DNA of 64,000 nucleotides from Bacteroidia bacterium (GCA_023262495.1 JALRAS010000001.1:4486-68485); one strand, 5' to 3'. Positions 1 through 10,996 are shown, counted from the first letter of the stretch. The notes: generated by a model not told the origin, from the letters alone. Numbers and translations: made by a program.

Positions 1-440
1 AAGCAGTTGGTGGCGGGGTTGGTATTGCAGCTGCAGCTGATTATACTTTTGCGGTAAAAGACGCTTCGGTAAAATTAAGTGAACTTGCAGTTGGGATTGG
101 TCCTTTTGTTGTTGGGCCTGCCGTAGAGCGTAAACTTGGCACCTCAGCATTTACAGCCCTTTCAATTAATGCTACGGAATGGCGTAGTGCTCAGTGGGCC
201 TATGAAAAAGGTTTGTATGCCGAGCTATTTGATGATGAAGCAGCAATGGATGAATCTATCCAAAAACTTGCACAAAAGCTTGGAAAAAGCAATCCCGAGG
301 CCATGATGATGCTTAAAAAAGTATTTTGGGAAGGTACCGATCATTGGGATACACTTTTAACCGAAAGAGCCGGCATGAGTGGTAAGCTTGTATTGAGCGA
401 GTTTACCGTGAATGCAATCAATTCTTTTAAAAGCAAGTAG
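1..440 (+). CDS. Enoyl-CoA hydratase/isomerase (crotonase) family protein, C-terminal part; the 5' end lies outside the window
   Basis: The reading frame is open from base 3 (AVGGGVGIAAAADYTF...GPAVERKLG...), which is the crotonase-fold C-terminal region. The ORF track shows only the last 75 aa from an internal Met. Confidence 0.55.
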   Translation, partial: AVGGGVGIAAAADYTFAVKDASVKLSELAVGIGPFVVGPAVERKLGTSAFTALSINATEWRSAQWAYEKGLYAELFDDEAAMDESIQKLAQKLGKSNPEAMMMLKKVFWEGTDHWDTLLTERAGMSGKLVLSEFTVNAINSFKSK

Positions 441-443
441 TTG

Positions 444-1517
444 ATGAATGAAAAACTGATTGATATCAGAAGTTTACAGCTTGATGAACTGATTGCCTAT
501 TTTGAGCAGGCGGGTGAGAAAGCATATCGCGCCAAGCAAGTGTATGAATGGCTTTGGAAAAAGCAAGCGATTTCGTTTGATGAAATGACCAACCTATCCA
601 TCTCACTAAGAGAGATGCTGCAGAAAAATTTTATCATCAGGGCTGTTGTTGTTTCCGATCATCAAATAAGCAGCGATAGAACCATTAAAAATGCTTTTAA
701 ATTATATGATGGCAGTATTGTTGAAGGAGTATTAATCCCTACTTCAACCGGAAGAATGACGGCTTGTATCTCATCGCAAGTGGGCTGCTCACTTACTTGC
801 AAATTTTGTGGCACAGGCCGATTAAAGTTGATGCGCAATATTAATGCTGATGAAATTTTTGATCAGGTAAAACTGATTAGAGATCAAAGTATACAGCACT
901 ATGGACAACCGCTGTCTAATGTTGTTTATATGGGAATGGGTGAGCCTTTGCTCAATTATAAGAATGTGCTCAAATCGGTTGAGATGCTGACCTCTCATCA
1001 AGGTCTTGGATTGGCTCCAAGGCGTATTACCGTATCAACTGCCGGTATTGCCAAGATGATTAAAAAATTAGGTGACGACCAGGTAAAGTTTCATTTGGCA
1101 CTATCACTACACGCAGCCAACGATGAGAAACGGAATAAGATAATGCCTATCAACGAACAAAACTCTTTGGAGTCGTTGATTGATGCGCTCAATTATTTTT
1201 ATGAAAAAACCGGAGAAAGAGTTACGTTGGAGTATATTGTTTTCAAGGACTTCAACGATTCTTTGAAAGATGCGAAAGAGCTTGCAGATTTTTGCTACAG
1301 AGTTAAAAGCAAGGTTAACATCATTGAATACAATCCTATTGAGGCGGGTGCGTTTGAACAAACCACACCTGAGCGACTAGAGGCCTTTGCTGCCTATTTG
1401 CAAAGCAGAAAAGTAATTGTAAACATACGTAGAAGCAGAGGCAAAGATATTGATGCTGCTTGCGGACAGCTTGCCAATAAAAACGGAGCTGTAGTTGAGC
1501 GCGTAATGAAGCAATAA
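444..1517 (+). CDS. rlmN: 23S rRNA/tRNA adenine-C2 methyltransferase RlmN (radical SAM)
   Basis: 358 aa with a CxxxCxxC radical-SAM cluster motif (GCSLTCKFCGTG), a conserved N-terminal LIDIRSLQLDEL...RAKQVYEWLW segment, and typical length. Confidence 0.9.
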   Translation: MNEKLIDIRSLQLDELIAYFEQAGEKAYRAKQVYEWLWKKQAISFDEMTNLSISLREMLQKNFIIRAVVVSDHQISSDRTIKNAFKLYDGSIVEGVLIPTSTGRMTACISSQVGCSLTCKFCGTGRLKLMRNINADEIFDQVKLIRDQSIQHYGQPLSNVVYMGMGEPLLNYKNVLKSVEMLTSHQGLGLAPRRITVSTAGIAKMIKKLGDDQVKFHLALSLHAANDEKRNKIMPINEQNSLESLIDALNYFYEKTGERVTLEYIVFKDFNDSLKDAKELADFCYRVKSKVNIIEYNPIEAGAFEQTTPERLEAFAAYLQSRKVIVNIRRSRGKDIDAACGQLANKNGAVVERVMKQ

Positions 1518-1533
1518 AATTTTTAGAGGTAAT

Positions 1534-4500
1534 TTACGTACTCAAATGACAATGCTTTGCCACTTTGTTGAAGAGTTCGGTAGGGTTAAATGGTTTGGCA
1601 ATATAATCGTTCATACCTGCAGCTTCCACTTGTTGTCTTACCTCTTGCATAGCTGCTGCTGTCAATGCTAAAATAGGCAATTTTTGATAATACTCTCCGG
1701 GTATACTTCTAATGGCTCTTGTGGCCTGAAAACCATCCATCTCGGGCATTTGTAAATCCATCAGTACAATATCAAATTTTTGCTGCTTCACCTTTTCAAC
1801 CCCTATTAAACCATTTTCAGCGAAGGTGATAGCAGCGCCCCATTTATTTAAAAATTTAGACGCTACAAGCTGATTAATGGCATTGTCTTCGACCACTAAA
1901 ATGTTTAGCCCTTTAAAGATTTGTTCCTTGTTTTGTACCTTATCCGCTTCATTAGTTTTAGATAACTTGCTAATTCCAAAAGCATAGTCGAAATAAAAAT
2001 GCGATCCCACACCGGGCTCACTTTCTAAATGTATGCGGCTATTTCTTAACTCTAGCAAACGTTTGGTAATGGTAAGTCCTAATCCTGTACCACCATATTT
2101 TCTGGTTGTGTCGTTACTTGCTTGTTCAAAGCTCTCGAAAATAATTGTTTGTTTATCCTTACGGATACCAATTCCTGTATCTTTTACCGAGAAGGTTAGC
2201 AACACTTTATTATCGCGCGATTCCTTTAAGATGACAGAAGTATAGATTCCCCCAATTTTAGTAAACTTAATGGCATTAATAATTAAATTGCTTAGTATTT
2301 GATTGATTCGAACAGGGTCTCCAACTAAAACAGCCGGAATTTGCTCATCAATCATAAACTCAAAAGAGAGATTTTTTTCAGCTGCTTGTAACGACAATGA
2401 ATGCTCGATACCATTTAGCAACTCTCTAATATTGAAATCAACATCTTCGAACTCCACCTTGCCTGCATCTATCTTACTAAAATCTAAAATATCGTTGATG
2501 ATGACCATTAAATTATCGGCACTAAACTTGAGTGTTTTGAGGTTATTTTCTTGCTCTGTATTTTTATTTTCATCAATCAATAAATGCGTAAGTCCAATAA
2601 TGGCGTTCATTGGTGTGCGTATCTCATGACTCATGGTGCTTAAAAAATTCTCTTTGGCTTTGGCTGATTTTTCTGCTTGCTCCTTGGCGGCTGTTAATTC
2701 ATAAGTACGTTGAAATACTTGTTTTTCGAGCAACTCTTTGTCCAATTTAAGTTTACGCTCGCGTAAGAATATCAGCAGGCGAATTAACAATAGCACCGAT
2801 AGTCCGGCAACAACATAAAACCAAGTTTGCTGCCAAATAGGTGGCATGATGATTATTTTTACGGACACATTATCATCGGTCCAAACACCATTGTTATTGC
2901 TTACTTTAACCCTGAAGATATATTCACCTGGTTCAATATTGGTATAACTTGCGAAACGTCTTTTTGGTGAATCAATCCAATCGTTATCAAAACCTTCAAG
3001 CTTGTAGCTGTATCTAATTTTTTGTGGATTTAAAAAGTTGAGTGCAATAAAGTCGAAAGAAAAATAATTCTGATCGTAGTTCAACGTGATTACTTTTTTG
3101 AATGCCACAGAGGTGTCGAGTTCGAACTCATTATCAAATACTTTAAATGAAGTTAAATAAAGCGGAGGGTTAAAAATATTGTCTTCCACACTATCGGGGT
3201 GAAAGGCCACTAATCCGGAAATACCGCCAAAATAGAAATAACCTTTGCTGTCGGTAAAACAGGCGTTACTGTTAAATTCGTTGGTGCAAATACCCTCGCT
3301 TTCATCATAACTTCTTAATGTATTTTGAATGATCAAAAGAGCTTTGTCGGGTTGCTGTGCAATGAGTTGCGGTTGTGGAATTGTAAATCTACAAATTCCT
3401 TTATTGGTACTGAACCAAAGGCGCTTGTGCTTATCTTCCATGATGGCATAAATAACCCCGTTGGGTAGTCCTTTTGCCTCATCAATAACAAAAAACTTTT
3501 TTGCCGAAGGAACATAAGCATTTAATCCTGAACTTGTGCCTATCCAAATGGTATGGTATGAATCTTCGAATACACATATGGCATCATTGCTACTAAGTGA
3601 ATTGGGATTATTTTTAATACGGGTAAAGTGAGTGAACTCGTTCTTTGTTTTATCGTAAAAATCTACACCCTTTTGTTCGAGAGCAAGCCAAATATTTTTG
3701 TTATGGTCTTCCATCATGTTTACCACATCATTGCTTCCCAAGCTAGTTTTATCATTAGGTTGATGCTTATATTTTTTGATCTCCTTGGTTTTCGCATTGT
3801 AGATACTCAAACCCTTGTCGATATTGGCAATCCAGAATAGTCCGTCACTGTCAAGCATCATGGTATATATGGCATCACTACTGAGTGAGTTAGGATTTTC
3901 GGCATCATGCTTTAGGTTGACAAAAGATTTTTTAGCCGGATTAAACACAGTGATGCCACCTGACCTTGTTGCCAACCAGTAATTTCCTTCAGCATCTGGT
4001 ACTATGGAAGAGATGAAATTATCGGCAATTGAGTTTGGATTTTTAGGGTCGTGTTGCCATACCGTTGCTTTGCCGTTAAACGGATTTATTATGTTTAATC
4101 CGCCAGATGAAGTGCCGAGCAACAGATTATTGTTGTATTCATTTACCGCCCAAACATCGTGGTCGTTGAGTGCATCAGAGACAAACGGATTGCTTTGAAA
4201 GTTTTTAAATTTTACCGAACGCTCATTAAAAATTTGAAGACCACCACCATCGGTACCAATATAAAAGATACCATTTTGACCCCTGCAAATGGTTCTAATA
4301 AAATTGGTGCTTAATGAATTATTGATTTTAGGGCTTTGAGACTGATGTCCCATTTCGCCAGTGATGAGATTGATGATAAAAATACCTTGGTTGGAGGATG
4401 CAAGCCAAAGGTTGTTATGCTTGTCAACGATGGCATTGCTGATTTCCGAAGATAGGTTTTTTATCCTTTGCGATGACTCAATAAATAGCTGTTGCGAATT

Positions 4501-5295
4501 AAAACTTTTGGTATGAAGTTGATAAATTGCACCGCTTTTGGTAATGATTAAAATAACATCTGACTGTTGATTGGACCTAAGGATTGCTCTGATATCATTG
4601 GTTTCACTTGTTTCATTATCACAGCTAATTGCTTTTTTGAATGATTCGGTATTTTTATCGAAACTACTGATACCGCCACCTTCGGTGCCAATCCACAACC
4701 TATTGGCATTGTCTTCATATATACAATTGATGTTGTTTGATGGGATAGAATTAACATCATTGAATTTGTTTTTGAATGACCTGAATGTTTGTTTCAGTTT
4801 ATCAAATTCATTAATACCGGCATCTTTTGTTCCAATCCACATAAGCCCATCATTTGTTTGATAGATACAGGTGATGTAGGCGCTACTAGGCCCTCTGAAA
4901 TTATCATGATCTTTTAAATATCGGGTAAACTGTCTTGTTTTTCGATTGAATAAATTGAGCCCTCCATCTTTGGTTCCTACCCAAATGTTGCCTTCCTTAT
5001 CTTCAAACAAACAAGTGATATAGTTTGAAGAAATGCTATGTTTATTGAGTGGATCATGTTTATAAATCACAAACTCATAGCCATCATACATGTTTAAACC
5101 ATCACTGGTACCTAACCAAACAAATCCAAATCTGTCTTGTATGATGGTAAAAACTGAACTCTGCGATAAGCCCTTATCAATGCTGACCTGTTTAAAACGA
5201 AGGAGATTATCAACAGTAATTTTTCCTGCCAACAGCGCATCACAAAAAGCGCAAAGCAGCAACATAACAAGGCTAATTTTTTTCAAATTATTCAT
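1534..5295 (-). CDS. Hybrid sensor histidine kinase/response regulator with periplasmic two-component-regulator propeller repeats and a Y_Y_Y domain; no AraC-type HTH
   Basis: About 1250 aa. Order of parts: signal peptide (MNNLKKISLVMLLLCAF), many beta-propeller repeats, a TM segment, HisKA (MSHEIRTPMNAIIG), HATPase (DTGIGI...GGTGLGL), then a receiver domain (ILVVEDN...DIVLMDLQMPEMDG). The protein ends right after the receiver. The ORF track extends to 5352; the Met at 5295 precedes the signal peptide. Confidence 0.85.
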   Translation of the reverse strand: MNNLKKISLVMLLLCAFCDALLAGKITVDNLLRFKQVSIDKGLSQSSVFTIIQDRFGFVWLGTSDGLNMYDGYEFVIYKHDPLNKHSISSNYITCLFEDKEGNIWVGTKDGGLNLFNRKTRQFTRYLKDHDNFRGPSSAYITCIYQTNDGLMWIGTKDAGINEFDKLKQTFRSFKNKFNDVNSIPSNNINCIYEDNANRLWIGTEGGGISSFDKNTESFKKAISCDNETSETNDIRAILRSNQQSDVILIITKSGAIYQLHTKSFNSQQLFIESSQRIKNLSSEISNAIVDKHNNLWLASSNQGIFIINLITGEMGHQSQSPKINNSLSTNFIRTICRGQNGIFYIGTDGGGLQIFNERSVKFKNFQSNPFVSDALNDHDVWAVNEYNNNLLLGTSSGGLNIINPFNGKATVWQHDPKNPNSIADNFISSIVPDAEGNYWLATRSGGITVFNPAKKSFVNLKHDAENPNSLSSDAIYTMMLDSDGLFWIANIDKGLSIYNAKTKEIKKYKHQPNDKTSLGSNDVVNMMEDHNKNIWLALEQKGVDFYDKTKNEFTHFTRIKNNPNSLSSNDAICVFEDSYHTIWIGTSSGLNAYVPSAKKFFVIDEAKGLPNGVIYAIMEDKHKRLWFSTNKGICRFTIPQPQLIAQQPDKALLIIQNTLRSYDESEGICTNEFNSNACFTDSKGYFYFGGISGLVAFHPDSVEDNIFNPPLYLTSFKVFDNEFELDTSVAFKKVITLNYDQNYFSFDFIALNFLNPQKIRYSYKLEGFDNDWIDSPKRRFASYTNIEPGEYIFRVKVSNNNGVWTDDNVSVKIIIMPPIWQQTWFYVVAGLSVLLLIRLLIFLRERKLKLDKELLEKQVFQRTYELTAAKEQAEKSAKAKENFLSTMSHEIRTPMNAIIGLTHLLIDENKNTEQENNLKTLKFSADNLMVIINDILDFSKIDAGKVEFEDVDFNIRELLNGIEHSLSLQAAEKNLSFEFMIDEQIPAVLVGDPVRINQILSNLIINAIKFTKIGGIYTSVILKESRDNKVLLTFSVKDTGIGIRKDKQTIIFESFEQASNDTTRKYGGTGLGLTITKRLLELRNSRIHLESEPGVGSHFYFDYAFGISKLSKTNEADKVQNKEQIFKGLNILVVEDNAINQLVASKFLNKWGAAITFAENGLIGVEKVKQQKFDIVLMDLQMPEMDGFQATRAIRSIPGEYYQKLPILALTAAAMQEVRQQVEAAGMNDYIAKPFNPTELFNKVAKHCHLST

Positions 5296-5487
5296 TGATA
5301 GGTTTTGATGCATTAAAATCTTCATGCTCATCATACTGTTGAAATTAAGCATTCAATACTGGAATTTAATTTCAAGGGAAGGCACATGAATGAGATTAAA
5401 CTAGCTTATGTATAAAGTAATTATCATTCAAATATAACAAAGAAAAAATCAAACACAAATCTAGTTATGCCACTGTGATTTGCAACA

Positions 5488-5562
5488 CCGATTACACTTT
5501 CAAAATAGTCCAATTTCGGCATTGCCTCATTGTACTATTTTCAAGTAGTATCAGCATTAACC
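5488..5562 (+). repeat. Intergenic repeat family X, copy 1
   Basis: ccgattacactttcaaaatagtccaatttcggcattgcctcattgtactattttcaagtagtatcagcattaacc is about 85% identical to 36079-36150. A shared 3' module aaataaatgcaattggtat follows at 5598-5616, and also occurs at 36307-36326. Confidence 0.8.
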
Positions 5563-5711
5563 ATTGCATATTTATTTTTTAGTTGGACTAAAAAATAAAT
5601 GCAATTGGTATAAATTGTAGCAAAAATTTACCTTGGTAAGAACAAATTTGGGCCATTGCTTATTACACATGAGCATGATTACAACAAGACTATGCCTGCA
5701 TTTGACTAAGT

Positions 5712-5745
5712 TGAACCCAAATTCCGCATTAGAAAATGCGGTTAA
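5712..5745 (-). repeat. Isolated Z 3' hairpin module in reverse orientation; candidate terminator for the FAD-oxidoreductase gene
   Basis: The reverse complement reads ccgcattttctaatgcggaatttgggttcaa, identical to the Z 3' module at 57104-57135. It is a stem-loop (ccgcatt/aatgcgg) that overlaps the stop codon of the 5742..6800 gene. Confidence 0.6.
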
Positions 5746-6800
5746 ATTCTTCTGATATCCGCTTCAGGATGAATCCCCTTTTGGTGATATAAATGTTCGA
5801 AGAGTTGCTTTGCAAAATAAGGTGCCAGCAATACAGCTTTTGTTCCCATACCATTTAAAATAGCTAATTGAGGGAGGTTAGGGTGTTTTCCTAGCACTGG
5901 CCTACGATCTTTTGTGCTTGGTCTGATGCCTGCCTGCTGGTCAATGATTTCGATATTTGATTTAACCAGTTTATGCAACTTTTGCATAATTTCGTTGAGC
6001 CCTTCCGATGTGGTTTCCTCATTTATTTTATCCCAAACATACGTGGCACCAACCCTGTATGCACCTTCGTGTAAAGGCAAAACAAATACACCTTTATTCA
6101 ACACTTGATTACCTGTATTTAAGTGCTCGATTTTTACAGTTAATAACTCCCCTTTTGCCGGAACAAAAGGTAAATTATTAAAAAAAGGATTGTTGATTGC
6201 CCTGTACCCTTCACAAAATATAAGGTATTTGGCTTTATAGTTTTGCCATTTCACACCCCCATTCATGAGCTCTATATCATTATACGAAAATGCTTCATTT
6301 ACATAGCTCTCTTTTGTTTTAAGATAATCTGCCCAAGCTGTTAACATACTTTTTACATCCACATTTCCTGCTTTATTTACTGTTGCCAATCCATGATGCA
6401 GATTAATACAATCGTTAAATGTATCATCTGAAATATACTGATTAAGGTAGTCGGAAAAAGCGGGCTGTTGGGCCTTTTGGAGCCACTGTAGTTTTTCATC
6501 TTCGCCAACAAAAACTTTTACAATGGTGCGTGGCCTGTGAAATTTGGCATTACAACATTGTTCGATGTATTCGTAACTTTGATTAAGCACCGGCAACAGC
6601 TCGTCAATCAACCAGCTTTTTACTACTCTTTTAAACACAATTGGGTTATACAAACCTGCTGCCACCTTTGATGATGTAACTGATTTTTCATCATCAATTA
6701 CCAATACCTTTTTATTGTTTTTTAGAAACTCGGCACTCATCAATGTACCGCTAATTCCCTGCCCAACAATAATGGCATCAACATTTTTCATCATGTGCAT
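5742..6800 (-). CDS. FAD-dependent oxidoreductase (DAO/glycine-oxidase-like family)
   Basis: N-terminal dinucleotide-binding motif AIIVGQGISG, about 350 aa, C-terminal GMGTKAVLLAPYFAKQL typical of the DAO fold. Confidence 0.6.
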   Translation of the reverse strand: MHMMKNVDAIIVGQGISGTLMSAEFLKNNKKVLVIDDEKSVTSSKVAAGLYNPIVFKRVVKSWLIDELLPVLNQSYEYIEQCCNAKFHRPRTIVKVFVGEDEKLQWLQKAQQPAFSDYLNQYISDDTFNDCINLHHGLATVNKAGNVDVKSMLTAWADYLKTKESYVNEAFSYNDIELMNGGVKWQNYKAKYLIFCEGYRAINNPFFNNLPFVPAKGELLTVKIEHLNTGNQVLNKGVFVLPLHEGAYRVGATYVWDKINEETTSEGLNEIMQKLHKLVKSNIEIIDQQAGIRPSTKDRRPVLGKHPNLPQLAILNGMGTKAVLLAPYFAKQLFEHLYHQKGIHPEADIRRI

Positions 6801-6857
6801 AAAATAAAAAAGCTGCCTGAAAAATCATCCAGGCAGCTGAGAATAAAAATTTAGCTA

Positions 6858-9122
6858 TTAAGCAACACTTGCTCTGATAATGTTTAGTGCACCTCCGGCT
6901 TTAAACCATTCAATTTGACCTTCGTTGTAGCTGTGATTTACTGTAATTTCATCAACGCTGCCATCTTTATGATTCAACACGAGTGTAAGCGGCTTTCCTT
7001 GTGCAAATGAAGTAAGTCCAAGGATGTCGATACTGTCATCTTCTTGTATTTTGTTGTAATCTTCCTTGTTTGCAAAAGTAAGTGCAAGCATTCCTTGTTT
7101 CTTAAGATTTGTTTCGTGTATACGTGCAAACGACTTTACCAAAACAGCTCTGACACCTAAATGACGAGGCTCCATTGCAGCATGCTCGCGAGAAGAACCT
7201 TCTCCATAATTTTCATCACCTACTACCAACGAGCCAATGTTAGCCGCCTTATAAGCCCTTTGAACCGCAGGCACTGCACCATATTCACCTGTTAGTTGAT
7301 TTTTAACAGAATCGGTTTTATCATTAAATGCATTTACTGCACCAATAAGCATGTTATTACTGATATTATCGAGATGTCCTCTGTATTTGAGCCATGGACC
7401 TGCCATAGAGATATGATCGGTTGTACATTTTCCTTTGGCCTTGATGAGTAGTTTAAGGCCTTTCAAGTCAACACCTTCCCATGCTTTGAATGGCTCGAGA
7501 AGTTGTAATCTGTCACTCTCCGGAGAAACCAATACTTTAACTTTACTTCCATCTTCGGCCGGAGCTTGATAACCTGCATCTTCCACCGCAAAACCTTTGG
7601 GAGGCATTTCCATACCTGTTGGCTCATCAAGTTTCACTTGCTCGCCTTTATCATTGGTAAGAAAATCGGTAGCAGGGTTAAATGTTAAATCTCCCGCGAT
7701 AGCTAAGGCAGTTACTATTTCAGGGGAAGCCACAAACGAGTGTGTATTAGGATTTCCATCAGCACGCTTACTGAAATTTCTATTGAAGGAGGTGATGATT
7801 GAATTCTTCTCTTGCTTTTCGGCACCATGACGGGCCCATTGTCCAATACAAGGACCGCAGGCATTGGCCAACACCACACCACCCATTTTATCAAAGGTGC
7901 TTAAGAATCCATCACGCTCTACCGTAAATCGCACCTGCTCTGAACCCGGTGTAATGGTAAATTCAGATTTTGCTTTCAGGCCTTTGTCAACCGCCTGTTT
8001 GGCTAGAGAGGCGGAACGGGAAATATCTTCGTAAGAAGAGTTGGTGCAAGAACCGATTAATCCAACTGACAGTTTTTGAGGCCATCCGTTTTCTTTTACT
8101 GCTGCTGCAAACTTACTCAAAGGCCAAGCTAAATCAGGAGTAAAAGGACCATTGATGTGTGGTTCTAGTTCTGAAAGGTTAATTTCAATCACCTCATCAA
8201 AATATTGTGAAGGATTTGCATACACTTCATCATCCCCTCTCAAATGCGCAGCCACGCCATCGGCAAGGGCAGCAACATCGGCACGACCTGTTCCTTTTAG
8301 ATAAGTACTCATTTTATCATCATAGCAGAAGATTGAAGTTGTTGCACCAATTTCGGCACCCATGTTACAAATTGTACCTTTTCCTGTGCAGCTTAGCGAG
8401 TTTGCACCTTCTCCAAAATACTCTACAATTTTATCGGTACCACCTTTCACGGTTAAAATACCAGCAACTTTTAAAATAACGTCCTTTGCAGAAGCCCAAC
8501 CGCTTAATTTACCGGTTAATTTTACACCTATCAATTTAGGGAACTTAAGCTCCCAAGGTAAACCTGCCATCACATCACAAGCATCGGCACCACCCACACC
8601 AATAGCAATCATACCAAGGCCGCCTGCATTTACAGTATGACTATCGGTGCCAATCATCATTCCTCCCGGGAAAGCATAATTCTCGAGCACCACTTGATGA
8701 ATAATTCCTGCACCCGGCTTCCAAAAGCCAATTCCGTATTTGTTAGATACAGAAGCTAAAAAATCATATACTTCCTTATTTTTATCATTGGCAGTTGCTA
8801 AGTCGGCAGCTGCTCCTTCTTTAGCTTGTATTAAGTGATCGCAATGCACAGTACTAGGCACAGCAACCTGAGGACGCCCCGCTTGCATGAATTGCAATAA
8901 AGCCATTTGAGCAGTTGCATCTTGCATTGCTACTCTATCTGGATTAAAGTCAACATATGAGTTCCCTCTTGTGTATGGAGCATTTGGCAATGCCTCATTG
9001 AGGTGAGCATACAATATTTTTTCGGTTAAGGTAAGCGGTTTACCGGTCATTTTTCGTGCCGCTTCAACCCTTGAAGGAAGGGAAGCATACACCTTTTTAA
9101 TCATTTCAATATCAAAGGCCAT
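6858..9122 (-). CDS. acn: Aconitate hydratase (mitochondrial-type, 754 aa)
   Basis: Collinear with aconitase over the full length, including the Fe-S cluster ligand regions (…IGSCTNSS…, …[11 protein letters not shown]…) and the SR substrate-binding motifs. Confidence 0.95.
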   Translation of the reverse strand: MAFDIEMIKKVYASLPSRVEAARKMTGKPLTLTEKILYAHLNEALPNAPYTRGNSYVDFNPDRVAMQDATAQMALLQFMQAGRPQVAVPSTVHCDHLIQAKEGAAADLATANDKNKEVYDFLASVSNKYGIGFWKPGAGIIHQVVLENYAFPGGMMIGTDSHTVNAGGLGMIAIGVGGADACDVMAGLPWELKFPKLIGVKLTGKLSGWASAKDVILKVAGILTVKGGTDKIVEYFGEGANSLSCTGKGTICNMGAEIGATTSIFCYDDKMSTYLKGTGRADVAALADGVAAHLRGDDEVYANPSQYFDEVIEINLSELEPHINGPFTPDLAWPLSKFAAAVKENGWPQKLSVGLIGSCTNSSYEDISRSASLAKQAVDKGLKAKSEFTITPGSEQVRFTVERDGFLSTFDKMGGVVLANACGPCIGQWARHGAEKQEKNSIITSFNRNFSKRADGNPNTHSFVASPEIVTALAIAGDLTFNPATDFLTNDKGEQVKLDEPTGMEMPPKGFAVEDAGYQAPAEDGSKVKVLVSPESDRLQLLEPFKAWEGVDLKGLKLLIKAKGKCTTDHISMAGPWLKYRGHLDNISNNMLIGAVNAFNDKTDSVKNQLTGEYGAVPAVQRAYKAANIGSLVVGDENYGEGSSREHAAMEPRHLGVRAVLVKSFARIHETNLKKQGMLALTFANKEDYNKIQEDDSIDILGLTSFAQGKPLTLVLNHKDGSVDEITVNHSYNEGQIEWFKAGGALNIIRASVA

Positions 9123-9182
9123 AAATATTTTTTTTAATGGATTTTAGATTTGCAAAATTATAAAAATATGTGGAATGAAAAA

Positions 9183-10211
9183 TCATGCGGCTGTGATTTC
9201 GCCACGTAAATTTTTAGAGAGATTAGTTTTTATTTCGTCAATATTGGAAAAATTACCAAACAGATACATCAACTTAGTAACAGCAGCCTCAAAGGTAATG
9301 TCGGAACCACCAATAACACCGGCTTTAAGCAGCCCTTTGCTTGTGGCGTAACGGCCTTGGTTAACAGCTCCTTGATTGCACTGAGTAACATTTAATACAA
9401 CCAAATTTCTTTGTGACACCGCATTTTCAATTTCATTTAAAAACCATTCCTGTGTTGTTACATTTCCCGAACCAAATGTTTCTATAATAAGTGCTTTAAG
9501 ACCATTGCTATGCAGCACACTTGATACTACGGCAGGTGTAATACCGGGAAAAAGTTTAAGCACACCAATATTGCCATCCATATCTAGTCTTAATTTAAGT
9601 TCACCCGATGGTTTGGGCATTAAACAAGGATAATTGTATTCTATATTAATTCCTGCCTCGGCCAATATAGGATAGTTAGGCGATTTAAACGCATCAAAAT
9701 GCTCGGCATTATATTTATGTGTGCGATTACCTCGGTAAAGTTTATATTCGAAATAAATGGCAACTTCATTAATCACAGGGGTACCATGATTTTTTGCAGC
9801 AGCAATTTCAATAGCTGTGATGAGGTTTTCTTTACCATCAGTGCGTATCATTCCAATAGGTAGTTGGGAACCGGTAAGAATAACCGGCTTGCCTAGATTT
9901 TCGAGCATAAAACTTAGGGCAGCGGCAGTATATGCCATCGTATCGGTGCCGTGTAATATTACAAAACCATCATACAGTTGATAATTATCATCAATTATTG
10001 CCGCTAATTTTTGCCAAGCGTCAATGGTCATATCAGATGAGTCAATTGGCTTATCAAATGACTTTACCGAGAGCTCCAAATCGAATTTTTCTACCTCGGG
10101 CACCTGTTTGTAGAGATGCTCAAAATCAAATGGAACAAGCGTATTTGTTTTATTATCAAGCACCATGCCTATTGTTCCACCGGTGTATATGATTAGAATT
10201 TTTGTTTTCAC
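9183..10211 (-). CDS. ansA: L-asparaginase, type I (cytoplasmic)
   Basis: The N-terminus ILIIYTGGTIGM carries the catalytic Thr motif, HGTDTMAYTAAALSF is present, and the length is 342 aa. Confidence 0.9.
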   Translation of the reverse strand: MKTKILIIYTGGTIGMVLDNKTNTLVPFDFEHLYKQVPEVEKFDLELSVKSFDKPIDSSDMTIDAWQKLAAIIDDNYQLYDGFVILHGTDTMAYTAAALSFMLENLGKPVILTGSQLPIGMIRTDGKENLITAIEIAAAKNHGTPVINEVAIYFEYKLYRGNRTHKYNAEHFDAFKSPNYPILAEAGINIEYNYPCLMPKPSGELKLRLDMDGNIGVLKLFPGITPAVVSSVLHSNGLKALIIETFGSGNVTTQEWFLNEIENAVSQRNLVVLNVTQCNQGAVNQGRYATSKGLLKAGVIGGSDITFEAAVTKLMYLFGNFSNIDEIKTNLSKNLRGEITAA

Positions 10212-10996
10212 ACGCCAAATATTTGTATTGAATTTTTAGTGGTAATTTCAGCTACTTCAAACAAGCTACACTGCTTTATCTCTGCTAATTTTTCGGCAAC
10301 ATGACGTAAAAAAGCACTTTCATTTCTTTTCCCTCTGTGAGGCACAGGAGCGAGATAAGGTGCATCTGTTTCAAGCACCAAATGATCCAATGAAATGTTC
10401 TCGAGTGCCTTATCGAGGCCGGAATTTTTATAAGTAAGTACACCGCCAATACCCAAATAAAAACCAAAATCAATTAACCTGTTTGCTTCTTCTTCATTTC
10501 CTGAAAAGCAATGAAATATTCCTTTGAATGGGGTATGCTTATAAGCAGATGTTTCTTTTAGTTCGTTAAGCAATGCTGTAATTTCCGACATCGCATTTCT
10601 GCAATGTACTACAATTGGAAGCTTTCGTTCGAGTGCCCATATGCACTGAATTTTAAATGCTTTTTGTTGTTGTTTGAAGAAGGTTTTATCCCAATATAAG
10701 TCAATACCAATTTCTCCCACAGCCACAAATTGATGTTGGTTGAGTGTGTTTTCGATCAACTTTAACTGCTCTTCAATAAGATCATTTACCGAGCAGGGAT
10801 GTAAGCCCATCATGCCATAACATTGCCCTTGAAAATCATGCATCATTTGAAGCATGGGTGCAATACTATCTTCATCAATATTAGGCAGAAAAAAACGCTT
10901 GATACCCGCTTGAACAGCACGTTTAATCATTTGATTTCTATCGGCATCAAATTCATTTAAGTAAAGGTGGGCGTGTGTATCGGTGAGTGTAATCAC
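10208..10996 (-). CDS. tatD: TatD-family metal-dependent hydrolase (DNase)
   Basis: MITLTDTHAHLYLNEFDAD... contains the HxH motif, with conserved GEIGLD and LETDAPYL motifs. It overlaps ansA by 4 nt, which suggests an operon. Confidence 0.9.
   Translation of the reverse strand: MITLTDTHAHLYLNEFDADRNQMIKRAVQAGIKRFFLPNIDEDSIAPMLQMMHDFQGQCYGMMGLHPCSVNDLIEEQLKLIENTLNQHQFVAVGEIGIDLYWDKTFFKQQQKAFKIQCIWALERKLPIVVHCRNAMSEITALLNELKETSAYKHTPFKGIFHCFSGNEEEANRLIDFGFYLGIGGVLTYKNSGLDKALENISLDHLVLETDAPYLAPVPHRGKRNESAFLRHVAEKLAEIKQCSLFEVAEITTKNSIQIFGV

Noticed and set aside
1107-1361. Antisense and embedded ORFs listed in the six-frame track inside large genes (e.g. 1107..1361, 2033..2245, 7597..7830, 8207..8640, 20409..20957, 22206..23052)
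   Set aside because: They lie wholly within well-supported genes on the opposite strand, are low-complexity, and have no motifs. They are treated as spurious.
5590-5616. Long AT-only inverted repeat atttattttttagt/actaaaaaataaat
   Set aside because: It is an imperfect, purely A/T stem between X copy 1 and the shared 3' module. It is more likely part of the repeat element than an independent terminator.
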